Below, piece by piece: positions 35,299 to 44,498 of a stretch of 64,000 nt of DNA (its first letter is position 1; each line of letters opens with the position of its first letter). The notes under the pieces were generated by a model. That model was not told the origin of the DNA and searched no databases. It saw nothing but the letters and a program-made list of their open reading frames with translations. Made by a program: the position numbers and the translations under genes. Source of the stretch: an uncultured virus (IMG/VR IMGVR_UViG_3300034108_000261) (taxonomy: Duplodnaviria; Heunggongvirae; Uroviricota; Caudoviricetes); the IMG/VR virus record IMGVR_UViG_3300034108_000261; one strand, written 5' to 3'.

Positions 35299-35840
35299 TC
35301 AACTCTCCATGATTTTGTATTCAGTTTAATATTAGTCGGCCAATCACCCTCGGTAAATGACTTGTCGTGGAACCGTAGTTCATTTGTTGGCATGATACAC
35401 AGTCTGCCATTGTCTAGTTCTATAAACATAAACTCCTTAGACTGCGATGGATGCATACTGTAACCATCGTTCATCGGAATGGCAGTAAACAGATAGCGAC
35501 CAAACTCTCCAGTGCTCCGTATCTCTGCTCGCTGGGTGTTTAGATAATCATAACTGACAACTGAGAATTGATCACCATAACAATCCCATACCTGTGTATC
35601 ATCAAGTCTCCAAAATGGTTCTGGTTCTACAGAAAATGCCAGAGCATGCGGAGGAACGCCACGGTAGACTGCACCACATTCCAACATCACATGGCAACCC
35701 CATGAATGTCCAGGTTTTGAATGTAATGCAAACCAAACGCAGGGTTCAAAGATATAAGGTTCTACATCTTTACGAATGAATGATGATTGCACCCAGCAGT
35801 AAATATGATTTGGGATGTTTCCCGATCCAGTATAAAGCAT
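35295..35840 (-). CDS. conserved hypothetical phage protein
   Basis: GAVYRGVP.HAL, WDCY, G.YLFT, LDNG...P.N. Confidence 0.7.
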   Translation of the reverse strand: MLYTGSGNIPNHIYCWVQSSFIRKDVEPYIFEPCVWFALHSKPGHSWGCHVMLECGAVYRGVPPHALAFSVEPEPFWRLDDTQVWDCYGDQFSVVSYDYLNTQRAEIRSTGEFGRYLFTAIPMNDGYSMHPSQSKEFMFIELDNGRLCIMPTNELRFHDKSFTEGDWPTNIKLNTKSWRVE

Positions 35841-36106
35841 TACTCGACTTCAAATTCTTTGACAGTCTGGAACTGTGCCTTGCTTACGAAACCAATGCCC
35901 AATAGATGGTCTACACGGTCAGTTGCATCGGCATAATTTGCATACCTGCCATCATCGAACCACCACCATCGGTCGAGACCAAGAAACCAGCGAGGTTCGC
36001 GTCGGTATTCGACCAACCACATATCGTCTGTTCGATGAATACGCAACTTTGTAATTCTGGTATGACGGATTTCTACGCCATATTCATTAGCGACCAATTC
36101 GCTCAT
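35840..36106 (-). CDS. hypothetical Trp-rich protein
   Basis: ATGA overlap with the primase stop. Confidence 0.6.
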   Translation of the reverse strand: MSELVANEYGVEIRHTRITKLRIHRTDDMWLVEYRREPRWFLGLDRWWWFDDGRYANYADATDRVDHLLGIGFVSKAQFQTVKEFEVE

Positions 36107-37134
36107 ACTTTCCTCCACATGGCATACTTTGCCTTTGCTGATAGACCTTGAAACGTATTATCATTTATAATACTCTGGATTTCACCAGAAGTCAATCCAT
36201 TTTCAATCATTTCATTAATATCTTTTCCTGGAACATCTGGCCAGATGACCATCTTATACCCCATATCAATATACTTATTCATCAACTTACCAACGTCTCT
36301 GTTTTTAGGTTGGTTGTCGAAAATAATTGTTATTTTTTCTTTCGGTATCGGGAGTTGGTCGATTTTTCCGAATGACGTTCCAGCACAAGCGATAGAATTA
36401 TCCAGAAAAAGGGAGTCAAGGGGTCCTTCGACGACGAGTACTTCTTTTGTAGGATCGATTTGATCCAAACCGAAAATCGATGGTGCATCTTCATCTACCT
36501 TAACATTGATATACCGTAATGACTCACCTCTGATTCCACGAAGACTAACAACAAGTAGTTTACCAGCGCCATCAAGAAAAGGAATCGCGAGTCTCGGTTC
36601 AGTTGTGATGATCGAATCTTTGTATTTAGCATTAAGTTGAACCACGTCTTTAACATTAGGAATGAAATACAACCGATCAAAAGCAGAGCGAGGGATTTTG
36701 CGGTCAGTAACATATTGGATTACCTCATGATCATCTGGTAGTGTGTCAAGTCGATCCATAATCGAGTCGAGTAGTTTGGGTTCAGGTTTCTTGGCAAACT
36801 TCGGTTCTTCAAACTTGAGAACTGATTCTACAGTCTTGTGTGATGTCTTATTATGAGCGCCATCGGCATAACGCTCTACGACATATTGACTATAAAGATT
36901 TGAATCGAAGTTCTTCAGGAAGGTTCCGAAGTGATGACTCGCGCCACATTTATGGCACTTGTAATACAGATCGTTCTTCCCGCGATAGAAGTATCCTCGC
37001 GCCTTGCGCTTATTACGCTGTGAGTCGCCGCAGAGAGGACACCTGCAGTTATATAGATCTTGTGATTTTTTCTTGAAGTTCTCGAGACGATACGAAACCG
37101 AATGGAGATACTTGATATCAATATATAAACTCAT
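36103..37134 (-). CDS. 61: DNA primase (T4 gp61)
   Basis: CRCPLCGDS...KARG...CHKCG zinc finger, VEGPLDSLF TOPRIM, KDINEM. Confidence 0.95.
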   Translation of the reverse strand: MSLYIDIKYLHSVSYRLENFKKKSQDLYNCRCPLCGDSQRNKRKARGYFYRGKNDLYYKCHKCGASHHFGTFLKNFDSNLYSQYVVERYADGAHNKTSHKTVESVLKFEEPKFAKKPEPKLLDSIMDRLDTLPDDHEVIQYVTDRKIPRSAFDRLYFIPNVKDVVQLNAKYKDSIITTEPRLAIPFLDGAGKLLVVSLRGIRGESLRYINVKVDEDAPSIFGLDQIDPTKEVLVVEGPLDSLFLDNSIACAGTSFGKIDQLPIPKEKITIIFDNQPKNRDVGKLMNKYIDMGYKMVIWPDVPGKDINEMIENGLTSGEIQSIINDNTFQGLSAKAKYAMWRKV

Positions 37135-37140
37135 AATATA

Positions 37141-37169
37141 GTTATACCCGATTTCATCGGAGAAGTAAA
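37141..37169 (-). promoter_or_regulatory. probable promoter for primase operon
   Basis: TTTACT-N17-TATAAC. Confidence 0.6.
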
Positions 37170-37174
37170 GGCTT

Positions 37175-37642
37175 TTATTGAATAAATTTCATAAGCATTG
37201 GAAGTATCTTGGTAATGATAGCACCAAGAACGATACCACCACCAATCATAATATACTTGGTTTTTTCCAATTTGTCAATACGATTTTTATGTTTTTCTTC
37301 TTCTTTATCAACTGAACCTTTAAGATCCCTGATAGCAGCAAGCATCTTGTCTTCAGTCGACTGAATTTTTGCCTCGAGTTCACGAGTGGTTGTCGTGATA
37401 CGCGAATGTAACTCGGCGTTACTTTCCTTGGTTTCTTGTCTATGCACTTCTAAACTCGTGTAGATATCTTCGTTGACTGTTTCTTGCGCATCGAGTTTGG
37501 TGTCATGGACAGCGAGCATCTTATTGATGCAGTTGGAAACATCACCAATCTTTTCGATGGCAAGGTCGAGACGACTGAACACGACCTGAATTTGCTTCAG
37601 ATCGTGTTCGATTACCGCGACTTTTGTTTCCAAAGATTCCAA
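37175..37642 (-). CDS. coiled-coil protein with C-terminal TM
   Basis: Heptad pattern, KMLAVHD, hydrophobic C-terminus. Confidence 0.7.
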   Translation of the reverse strand: MESLETKVAVIEHDLKQIQVVFSRLDLAIEKIGDVSNCINKMLAVHDTKLDAQETVNEDIYTSLEVHRQETKESNAELHSRITTTTRELEAKIQSTEDKMLAAIRDLKGSVDKEEEKHKNRIDKLEKTKYIMIGGGIVLGAIITKILPMLMKFIQ

Positions 37643-37813
37643 TTACTTTGCCTTTGGTTTACGTGCTTTTTTGACAACTGCTTTAACTTCTTCAAACTTG
37701 TCTTCTGCCTTGTCAACTGCTGCAGTAATCTCAGCAAGATCGACCTTGCCATCCTTGTTAGTGTCAACAAAACCGAAAAGTTTCTTTAGTGCGTCTTTGA
37801 TTTGATTAAGCAT
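37643..37813 (-). CDS. small protein with EF-hand-like loop
   Basis: DTNKDGKVDLAE; start at MLNQIK. Confidence 0.6.
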   Translation of the reverse strand: MLNQIKDALKKLFGFVDTNKDGKVDLAEITAAVDKAEDKFEEVKAVVKKARKPKAK

Positions 37814-37817
37814 ATTC

Positions 37818-38993
37818 TTATCCCCATGCTGCGAATTGTTTGGTTTTCTTAATGCGGTCATCTAGACCATGCGTACCACCATTTACACGACGAGTAATCT
37901 GACCGATGACTGCATCAGATACACCCTTACCCGCGATTGCGAACAGACCGTTCTTGTTGAAGAACCATAGTGCTGATTCGAATGCGAGTTCAGTTGCGAC
38001 GATATCTGGATCTGTTAGAACGTCTGGGCGACCGATGTCTTGGGCGAATTGAGTGTAGTTGCTCTTACCAGTTAACTGGATCGGACCACGTCCACGGAAT
38101 TTCCATCCATCACCCGATGACTCTGGACCATTGCCCATACGATTAGCATAGACCTTGTTAGCAATCTTCTCTGGTTTGCGAGCATACCCTGCAGTCGATG
38201 CGATTGTTGGGAAATACTTCTTGAAGATACCGTTCAGACCCTTGTCTGAGTAGTTCAGGTTCTCTTGGAATACCTTGAAACCACCCGACTCGTGTGCGCA
38301 CTGTCCGAAGAAGTGAGCAGCACCAGCTGTCGACAACTTGTAGTAATCTCTTGCTGCCTTGAATGTTCCTGGACCCCACTTACCATCGGCAGTAATACCG
38401 CACTTAGTTTGAAGTGCTGCCATTGGTCCAAGACCAGCAACAGTTGGTGCTTGGACTGCTGCCTTAGCAACCTGCGCGACTGCTTGAACGGCAGGAGCAC
38501 CTGCTTCTCTAGTAGTCGATGGATCGAAATCTTTAACAGGAGTATACTTTGTTCCACCTGCCTTAGACTTGGTAGCAACCAGACGCTGCTTGCGGTTTCC
38601 GCCTTCCTTCTTAATGGAAGCATGGACCCAACCAGAGTTCTTATCACCAGCAGCATAGAATTCTAGGATGACTTGGTCAAACTCTAGATTGTCAGCAACC
38701 CAGTCAGCAACCTTCTTATTGTCAACACCCTTTACTTCAAAGTCAATTGCTTGACCATTAACGTGCTGGGAAGTAGCAGATCCACCAACTGCCTTATTGA
38801 CAAGTGGTGCACGATACGAAGAGTTGATTGTTACTGGACCAAACTTGGCACGAACAGGTTCGAGAATCTTTTCACAGCAGTAACGCATGTTCTCAATATG
38901 TTCAGCAGTTGGTGTGTTAGGAATGCCAAGACGCTTTGCGGTTGGCGATACAATCATTTCTGCGAGAGTAAAATGTTCAGTTAGTTGTGTCAT
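37818..38993 (-). CDS. endolysin: peptidase M15A + PG-binding linker + GH19 lysozyme/chitinase-like domain
   Basis: SSYR..N..VGG...SQH..GQAID, WVH (M15); DGKWGPGT; Q.AHES, ENLNYS, GRGPIQLTG..NY, VNGG..GL.DR (GH19). Confidence 0.9.
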   Translation of the reverse strand: MTQLTEHFTLAEMIVSPTAKRLGIPNTPTAEHIENMRYCCEKILEPVRAKFGPVTINSSYRAPLVNKAVGGSATSQHVNGQAIDFEVKGVDNKKVADWVADNLEFDQVILEFYAAGDKNSGWVHASIKKEGGNRKQRLVATKSKAGGTKYTPVKDFDPSTTREAGAPAVQAVAQVAKAAVQAPTVAGLGPMAALQTKCGITADGKWGPGTFKAARDYYKLSTAGAAHFFGQCAHESGGFKVFQENLNYSDKGLNGIFKKYFPTIASTAGYARKPEKIANKVYANRMGNGPESSGDGWKFRGRGPIQLTGKSNYTQFAQDIGRPDVLTDPDIVATELAFESALWFFNKNGLFAIAGKGVSDAVIGQITRRVNGGTHGLDDRIKKTKQFAAWG

Positions 38994-39004
38994 TATCTTA
39001 CCCC

Positions 39005-39454
39005 TTAAAATGGACCGAAGTCGTCGTCGCTGTCTTTATACTTATCGATAGCAGCCATTAGTTTGATTTCAGTATCTGCTTCGATCGACTCTGCTTTGGC
39101 GTGTTCAGTGTGCGCCTCAGCAAGATGCTTATAGTCAGTCTTACCAAGTTCCTGAACCTTAACATTTGGATCAAACTCAGTGACCTTCATGCCCATCATC
39201 GTTGCAAAAGCACCAACAAAAGCACCAATAATCATCGAGAACGCAGGACCAATAATCTTAAAGATCTCATTATTATCGATTAGATCGTTTGGCATGAACA
39301 TGCCAATAAGGAAGATGAATACAACTGCTAACATGATAGATGCTAGAACAATCGTTACCATCTTCATAATGGTAAGTTGGACTTTGCCCTTCTCGAGTTC
39401 AAGTTGTTCCAGCGATTCAATCGGTGGTGATGAGAAAAAATTTGACAAATTCAT
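39005..39454 (-). CDS. holin-like 2-TM membrane protein
   Basis: Two TMs with DNNEIFKIIGPAF..IIGAF; adjacent to endolysin. Confidence 0.55.
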   Translation of the reverse strand: MNLSNFFSSPPIESLEQLELEKGKVQLTIMKMVTIVLASIMLAVVFIFLIGMFMPNDLIDNNEIFKIIGPAFSMIIGAFVGAFATMMGMKVTEFDPNVKVQELGKTDYKHLAEAHTEHAKAESIEADTEIKLMAAIDKYKDSDDDFGPF

Positions 39455-39459
39455 GGGAA

Positions 39460-39999
39460 TTATTTCCTTCTTATAATTTTATTCTTTTTACGCCACTTCT
39501 TCTGAGCAGCCTTAGAAACTCCAGGTTCCGCTTGGTTTGGAATACTTGGATTATTTATACCGATACCAGCAATAGCACCACCAGCGACGCCCATGCCTTC
39601 TTCAGTAACATAGTCTTTAAATGACAACATTGTATTCAATTCCAATTGTTCTGCAATAGATTTAGTTTCTTCGTGTTCCATTGTCATATAAAGAATTTCT
39701 TCTAGGATATCCTCGTCGTATTCGACGTTTTCCTTAACAAGTGCAATAGCAGCAGCGAAAGAAAGAAACTTACTATTCGCAAATGGAACTTTTTCTATGA
39801 TTCGCTTCAACTTAAAGACCATACGGTGAAGGAGACTGTATGATTCTCTTTCTTCTTCCGTTGCAAGATCCTGTTCTCTCTTCAGGACATTACCATGTGC
39901 ATCGATGATACCGAGACGATATGCATCTGTCTCGGTAAATGAAGTCGTCAACATACGTAAAATGCGGTATGTTATCAGTGCATCGACAAACCTGGCCAT
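39460..39999 (-). CDS. conserved T4-like hypothetical (probable head-associated) protein
   Basis: YRILRML...F....AY.LGIID..G..L, LHRMVF.LKR. Confidence 0.75.
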   Translation of the reverse strand: MARFVDALITYRILRMLTTSFTETDAYRLGIIDAHGNVLKREQDLATEEERESYSLLHRMVFKLKRIIEKVPFANSKFLSFAAAIALVKENVEYDEDILEEILYMTMEHEETKSIAEQLELNTMLSFKDYVTEEGMGVAGGAIAGIGINNPSIPNQAEPGVSKAAQKKWRKKNKIIRRK

Positions 40000-40352
40000 T
40001 AAATCCCTCTTAACTTGTTAACGATCGTCTGATCCATAAAGACATCTGGTAACTCATCTTCTGTCATTCGATTTAAGAACAACAGAAACGGTTTAATCAG
40101 AGGCATTAGATCCGAAAGTTTATAGACAATCATATCTGTCGCTGCTTGATTGAACACATTATATAGAACCAACAAATGATTTATAATAAGACGATCGTTT
40201 AAAACATTAGTATTTTGATATCGCGTCAACAATCTTCGAAGATAAACAAACCGCTTTAAATCTTCCTGTAAATCCGAAATACCAGTGCATCCAGGACTAT
40301 CATAGTGTTTAATTGCGAACATTAAAAAAGTTTCTTCATTCAATACATTCAT
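39999..40352 (-). CDS. conserved T4-like hypothetical protein
   Basis: FLMFAIKHY..P.C...EDL.RF.YL.RLL, RLIINH...LYNVF. Confidence 0.75.
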   Translation of the reverse strand: MNVLNEETFLMFAIKHYDSPGCTGISDLQEDLKRFVYLRRLLTRYQNTNVLNDRLIINHLLVLYNVFNQAATDMIVYKLSDLMPLIKPFLLFLNRMTEDELPDVFMDQTIVNKLRGI

Positions 40353-40353
40353 A

Positions 40354-40806
40354 TTATGTTACCGTTGCTGTGCCTCCAATGAAATACCATCTTCCAGTCA
40401 AGCACATCAACGTTGCAGTATCACCCGCTGAATTGAAAACAATTGAAGAATGACCAATATTATCATTGATTGTTAGAGCATGACCACCAGTATTACTTGT
40501 CATTACAACAACTTTAATCTGCCCGTCAGTTCCATCTACGATAGAAAGAGTCCCTGCACCATCAGGCGAAGTAATCTTTGTTACCAGTGAAGCGATACTG
40601 ATGGCGCCAGCAGAAGTCATTGTCTGCACAGCGCCACCAAGAATCAGATCGTCTTCCAGAACTACAGGAACTGGAATACCACCAAACAGATTAGCAACAC
40701 TTACCTTGTGATCATATGGAGATGTTGCTGGTTTAACAACATACATCAAGTCTGTAGCAACAAGCGATGACGCTGTTGTTAGTGCGACAAGTTTGCTATC
40801 TGCCAT
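40354..40806 (-). CDS. virion structural protein (beta-rich)
   Basis: MADSKL.AL N-terminus, DG..GQIK, F...GD...L...W pattern. Confidence 0.65.
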   Translation of the reverse strand: MADSKLVALTTASSLVATDLMYVVKPATSPYDHKVSVANLFGGIPVPVVLEDDLILGGAVQTMTSAGAISIASLVTKITSPDGAGTLSIVDGTDGQIKVVVMTSNTGGHALTINDNIGHSSIVFNSAGDTATLMCLTGRWYFIGGTATVT

Positions 40807-40809
40807 TTA

Positions 40810-42393
40810 TTAGTCCTCTGGGAACGCAATATCATCAGAAGCATCGCTAGTGATGCCGTTCTTCGAAAGTGCAACTAGAACTTCATACTGGATACGACCA
40901 GCATGAGCACCAGTTAGAACCTTGCGATGCACCCAACCAGTGTGAGCAACAGCACCAGATTCTGCCTCATCAATACCTTGGTTTACACCAAGAGCAGCAT
41001 TAGCAGTCGCAGTAGTTCCTGCAACAATTTCTAGATACTGAGCATTATTACCAGTTCCGGAAATGTTAACCAGAGTTCCTGCCTTGTAAGTCAGACCAGT
41101 TGGAGTACCAGCAGTTGTAACAATTGCACCACCTTCTTCATCTGTTAGCGTGAACCCTGTCACACTCGGAGATGTTCCAGTTACTGCCGACACCTTATAT
41201 ACTGTTCCAGTTGTGTAACCAGTAATCGAACCAGTGCCACCAAGAGTTCCTGTAATCTGAACACGGTCACCTGTAGCAAGAGTCGCATTCGCGCAAGTGA
41301 ATTGACCACCTGTGCCTGAAATAGCAACAGTACCAAGTGTAGTACCAGCAGAAAGGACTGACGAAGATGCCAGGCGTAATGCGTTAGCACTTAGACCGAT
41401 AGTAGAAACGTAGTAAGTTGTGTTATCAGTCAGACCACTAGCAGCAGTGCCACCGCCATCTTGGTATTTTAGAGCAGCGCCCTGTGCTTGACCGTGCGCA
41501 GTATATTGGATGTAGTCGAATGTTGGACTGACTGTGCTTGTTGGTAGAGTTAGAACAGGACCAGCAACAGTAACTGTTGGAGCAGTTTCATATGACGAAC
41601 CGTTGTTTGTTACTGCGATTGCAGTAACTACGCCATCCGCGATTGTTGCTGTTGCTTCAGCATCAGCGCCGCCGCCACCAGAGAACGAAACACCAGGAAC
41701 TTCAACGTATCCAGCACCACCCTGAATTAGAGCAACTGCCGAAATATAACCACCTGTTTGGTCACCATGGATTTCGTCGCTTCTTACACCGAATACTTGT
41801 GTTGATTCGAAGTCAGTTGTCGCAACAGAAGAAACAAAGGTTGGTTTCTCGTGGATTCTATAACTCTCATCATCAGCAAATGCAGTCAGAGTCGTACCTG
41901 GATTCGCGTTAATTACAGTAGCAAGTGTATCGCTAGTAACTGCGATTACAATCATTTCCTGATTGCCACCCGTTGCCGAAGCGCGAACAATGTCACCGAC
42001 AAACAGTTCTTCAGTAAATATGGTGCTGTTAGTACCCGTTAGAGTTCCACGACCAAATGCAAGTGGTAGTGTGAATGTATGTGAAGTGCCAATACCATCG
42101 GTTGATGCGATTGTGGTTGGGAAATTGTGCAGTGCATCCGCCTCTGTAGCAGCAACCATGAAAGTGTTTGCTGTTACATTAGTAACATAGTATGTGTTAC
42201 CAGATGTTAGACCAACGACCGAAGTTCCTCCGCCGTTTGAATAAACAACAGGATCACCAAGTTGGAATGGATGACCTGCTGAAGTATAAACGCCAGCAGC
42301 GTGACCTGTGGCGCCATTGAATGTGATAGATGGCGCAGTAAGAGTTACCGTACCATCTGATGATTTATTATCTGATTTACCCCATGCGGACAT
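40810..42393 (-). CDS. virion structural protein (Gly/Thr/Ala-rich fibre or decoration-like)
   Basis: MSAWG start, H.F..GD.V.Y...GL....YYV domains, GGAGY...P.V, AH.GWV...GR..YEVLVA C-terminus. Confidence 0.75.
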   Translation of the reverse strand: MSAWGKSDNKSSDGTVTLTAPSITFNGATGHAAGVYTSAGHPFQLGDPVVYSNGGGTSVVGLTSGNTYYVTNVTANTFMVAATEADALHNFPTTIASTDGIGTSHTFTLPLAFGRGTLTGTNSTIFTEELFVGDIVRASATGGNQEMIVIAVTSDTLATVINANPGTTLTAFADDESYRIHEKPTFVSSVATTDFESTQVFGVRSDEIHGDQTGGYISAVALIQGGAGYVEVPGVSFSGGGGADAEATATIADGVVTAIAVTNNGSSYETAPTVTVAGPVLTLPTSTVSPTFDYIQYTAHGQAQGAALKYQDGGGTAASGLTDNTTYYVSTIGLSANALRLASSSVLSAGTTLGTVAISGTGGQFTCANATLATGDRVQITGTLGGTGSITGYTTGTVYKVSAVTGTSPSVTGFTLTDEEGGAIVTTAGTPTGLTYKAGTLVNISGTGNNAQYLEIVAGTTATANAALGVNQGIDEAESGAVAHTGWVHRKVLTGAHAGRIQYEVLVALSKNGITSDASDDIAFPED

Positions 42394-43661
42394 TAATTGT
42401 CTCCCTTTTTAAATTCTTGATCTACGTGGTTGAAAAATTCTTTTCTCTTTTCTTCACCAAGTTCCGAGGGAGACTTGATGTTATAATGTTCTAGAGCAGC
42501 ATCGAACTTCATTTTGTATGACTCGTGCATCGACTTTGCTGTATCAATATCTTCTTTAGTCAGTTTCTTGACTGCCATTGAAATACCCTTATGGCGCTTT
42601 GTGAGTTTTTTCTCTAGCGGATTATTTGATTTATATGGAGTCGATGAAGAAATCGCTGTTCCATCTTTTATACCGCTTCTATATGATGTGTTGTCAATCG
42701 AGTCTTTTGCCTTGTTAATATAGCGACCCATTGTTGCCTTCGAGATCTCATCGACCTGTTCGACTTCTTCATTAGTTTTTCTTTTCTGAAGAGATTGAAG
42801 ACCCTTTTCTCTTTTCATGTTATTCATTGAAGCTTTGAATGAAGTTGACTTATCTGTCACATAGTCACGAACCTGATCAGATGCCTTGTTGCCGTATGAC
42901 TTCAGTGTTGCCTTTGAGAGTTCATCGACCTGTTCGACTTCTTCCTTGGTAATTTTATCAACTGCTCTCTTGATGCCTGTCTCACGATTCTTACGGAGAC
43001 GCTCTGCTTTATCATAAGTTGCTTGGTTGAATCTCTTACCGAAGTGTCCTGTTTCGCTGTCGCCTTGGTATGCAGCAATCTTTGTCAAAGGAACATTCTT
43101 TGGTGACATTACATTCTTTGGTTGCTCAGCGCCTGATGCTTTCTTGACATAAGAACCCATAGTCTTCTTTGACAGTTCGTCGATCTGCTCTTCGTTCACC
43201 TCACCTTGGAGATAGTTAGCAGCAGTTGAGATATAATCTTCAGCAAGAGTAATCTTCGACTGAACCCACTCAGGAAGATTTGTATCTTCACTCAACGAGT
43301 CATGCATACGCTGCGAGTTGGCAATGATTGACTTTAGTTGGGACATTGCCATGTCGCCTTCGTAATCATACTCTTGCTTTTCTTTTGCTTCAGTAGCATA
43401 AGTCTTAGCACCAGCACGTGCCTTATTAAAGATTGAATCGTCGCCGAGAACAATGAACATCATCGAGTTAATGAAGTTTGCCATGACATCACGTTCTGCG
43501 CCCTGAAGTGTCATACCACCTTGCACCTTCGCAATTGCCTTACGAAGAACAGGAATTGTATTTGATGGCATCAGACCAGCACGAACTAGTTGCTGAAGAC
43601 GACCATCCAAGTCTTGCGATTCAGCAATGATAGTATCTTTAATTGTTTGCTCTAGACTCAT
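42393..43661 (-). CDS. putative internal head protein with repeated modules
   Basis: Three EQ(I/V)DE(L/I)SK.T...Y..KA repeats; YEGDMA..QL, LPEWVQSKIT.A.DY; late promoter upstream. Confidence 0.75.
   Translation of the reverse strand: MSLEQTIKDTIIAESQDLDGRLQQLVRAGLMPSNTIPVLRKAIAKVQGGMTLQGAERDVMANFINSMMFIVLGDDSIFNKARAGAKTYATEAKEKQEYDYEGDMAMSQLKSIIANSQRMHDSLSEDTNLPEWVQSKITLAEDYISTAANYLQGEVNEEQIDELSKKTMGSYVKKASGAEQPKNVMSPKNVPLTKIAAYQGDSETGHFGKRFNQATYDKAERLRKNRETGIKRAVDKITKEEVEQVDELSKATLKSYGNKASDQVRDYVTDKSTSFKASMNNMKREKGLQSLQKRKTNEEVEQVDEISKATMGRYINKAKDSIDNTSYRSGIKDGTAISSSTPYKSNNPLEKKLTKRHKGISMAVKKLTKEDIDTAKSMHESYKMKFDAALEHYNIKSPSELGEEKRKEFFNHVDQEFKKGDN
42749..43196 (-). repeat. intragenic coding repeats (EEVEQVDE[LI]SK.T)
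   Basis: catcgacctgttcgacttc occurs near 42749 and 42923; diverged third copy near 43170-43196. Confidence 0.8.
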
Positions 43662-43685
43662 TTGATATTCCTCTAATCTTTTCTA

Positions 43686-43693
43686 TATTTATA
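43686..43693 (-). promoter_or_regulatory. T4-type late promoter
   Basis: TATAAATA. Confidence 0.7.
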
Positions 43694-44131
43694 TTATTTA
43701 GAGGTTGCCCGTAGCATCCATGCATGTTTAGCATGAACATCGAGACGCTCTTCAATAAGGTTTACCAGACCGCGATTGCTATCTGCATCCGCCAATTTAT
43801 GTGCAGCATTTAATGCTTCAATTACCGAGGCATTAGCAGTAATAAGATCTGCAAGCATTCCTGAGACATCAACACCGTAAATATTTGACTCTTTGATTGT
43901 AGTCATAGATGCCAATTCGGTCATATTATACGGAGCATACTCATCGAGTGCTCGAATCTCTTCCGCAATCTTGTCGATCGTAGCAAATAGTTCTTCGTAA
44001 ATGCCAGCAAAGAAATCATGCATCTGGGAGAAGTCTTTACCTTCTACATTCCAGTGAAAACCATGTGCCTTAAAATACATTGCATATGTATTCGCAAGAA
44101 CCACCTTCATTGATGTCTGTAATTCATCCAT
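43694..44131 (-). CDS. dps: Dps (mini-ferritin) DNA-protection protein
   Basis: KAHGFHWNVEG.DF..MH.FF..IYEE...D.IAE.IR, H.K..WML. Confidence 0.92.
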   Translation of the reverse strand: MDELQTSMKVVLANTYAMYFKAHGFHWNVEGKDFSQMHDFFAGIYEELFATIDKIAEEIRALDEYAPYNMTELASMTTIKESNIYGVDVSGMLADLITANASVIEALNAAHKLADADSNRGLVNLIEERLDVHAKHAWMLRATSK

Positions 44132-44132
44132 A

Positions 44133-44498
44133 TCAACAATTCCATTTACGTAGTGCTAGTGCCTTGCGAGTCGGACGACCCTTCTCATCTTTCATTGGAC
44201 CTTCTACACCAGACATTCTAGCACAGAAAGACTTGCGACGATTCGCTGCTTTACTACCTGCCTTCAACTTAGAGGGAGGAGTGGTTACAGGTGCCTTTAG
44301 ATTACCACCAGACTGTCTGTTATAGTAGTCACGACCTTTTTGTGTGAGTCCGCCAGTAGAGGACTTATGTCCCTTACCATCAACTGCTGCCTCTTTAATG
44401 CACGAACCTTGTGCACACGGTTTAGTTCCTGGTTTGCGTTTGTAACCAGTCCAACAGGTGCATTCCTTTTCGGCAAGATAATCAAAAAACGAAAGCAT
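44133..44498 (-). CDS. basic conserved phage protein (DUF6321-like), probable internal head protein
   Basis: GGLT.KGR, LKAPV, RRKSFCARM.G, ALRKWNC; N-terminal MLSFFDYLAE. Confidence 0.75.
   Translation of the reverse strand: MLSFFDYLAEKECTCWTGYKRKPGTKPCAQGSCIKEAAVDGKGHKSSTGGLTQKGRDYYNRQSGGNLKAPVTTPPSKLKAGSKAANRRKSFCARMSGVEGPMKDEKGRPTRKALALRKWNC

Noticed and set aside
39552..39559. TATAAATA inside the 39460..39999 CDS (another at 61420..61427)
   Set aside because: Intragenic occurrences could be chance; the first may serve the lysis genes but is not supportable from sequence alone
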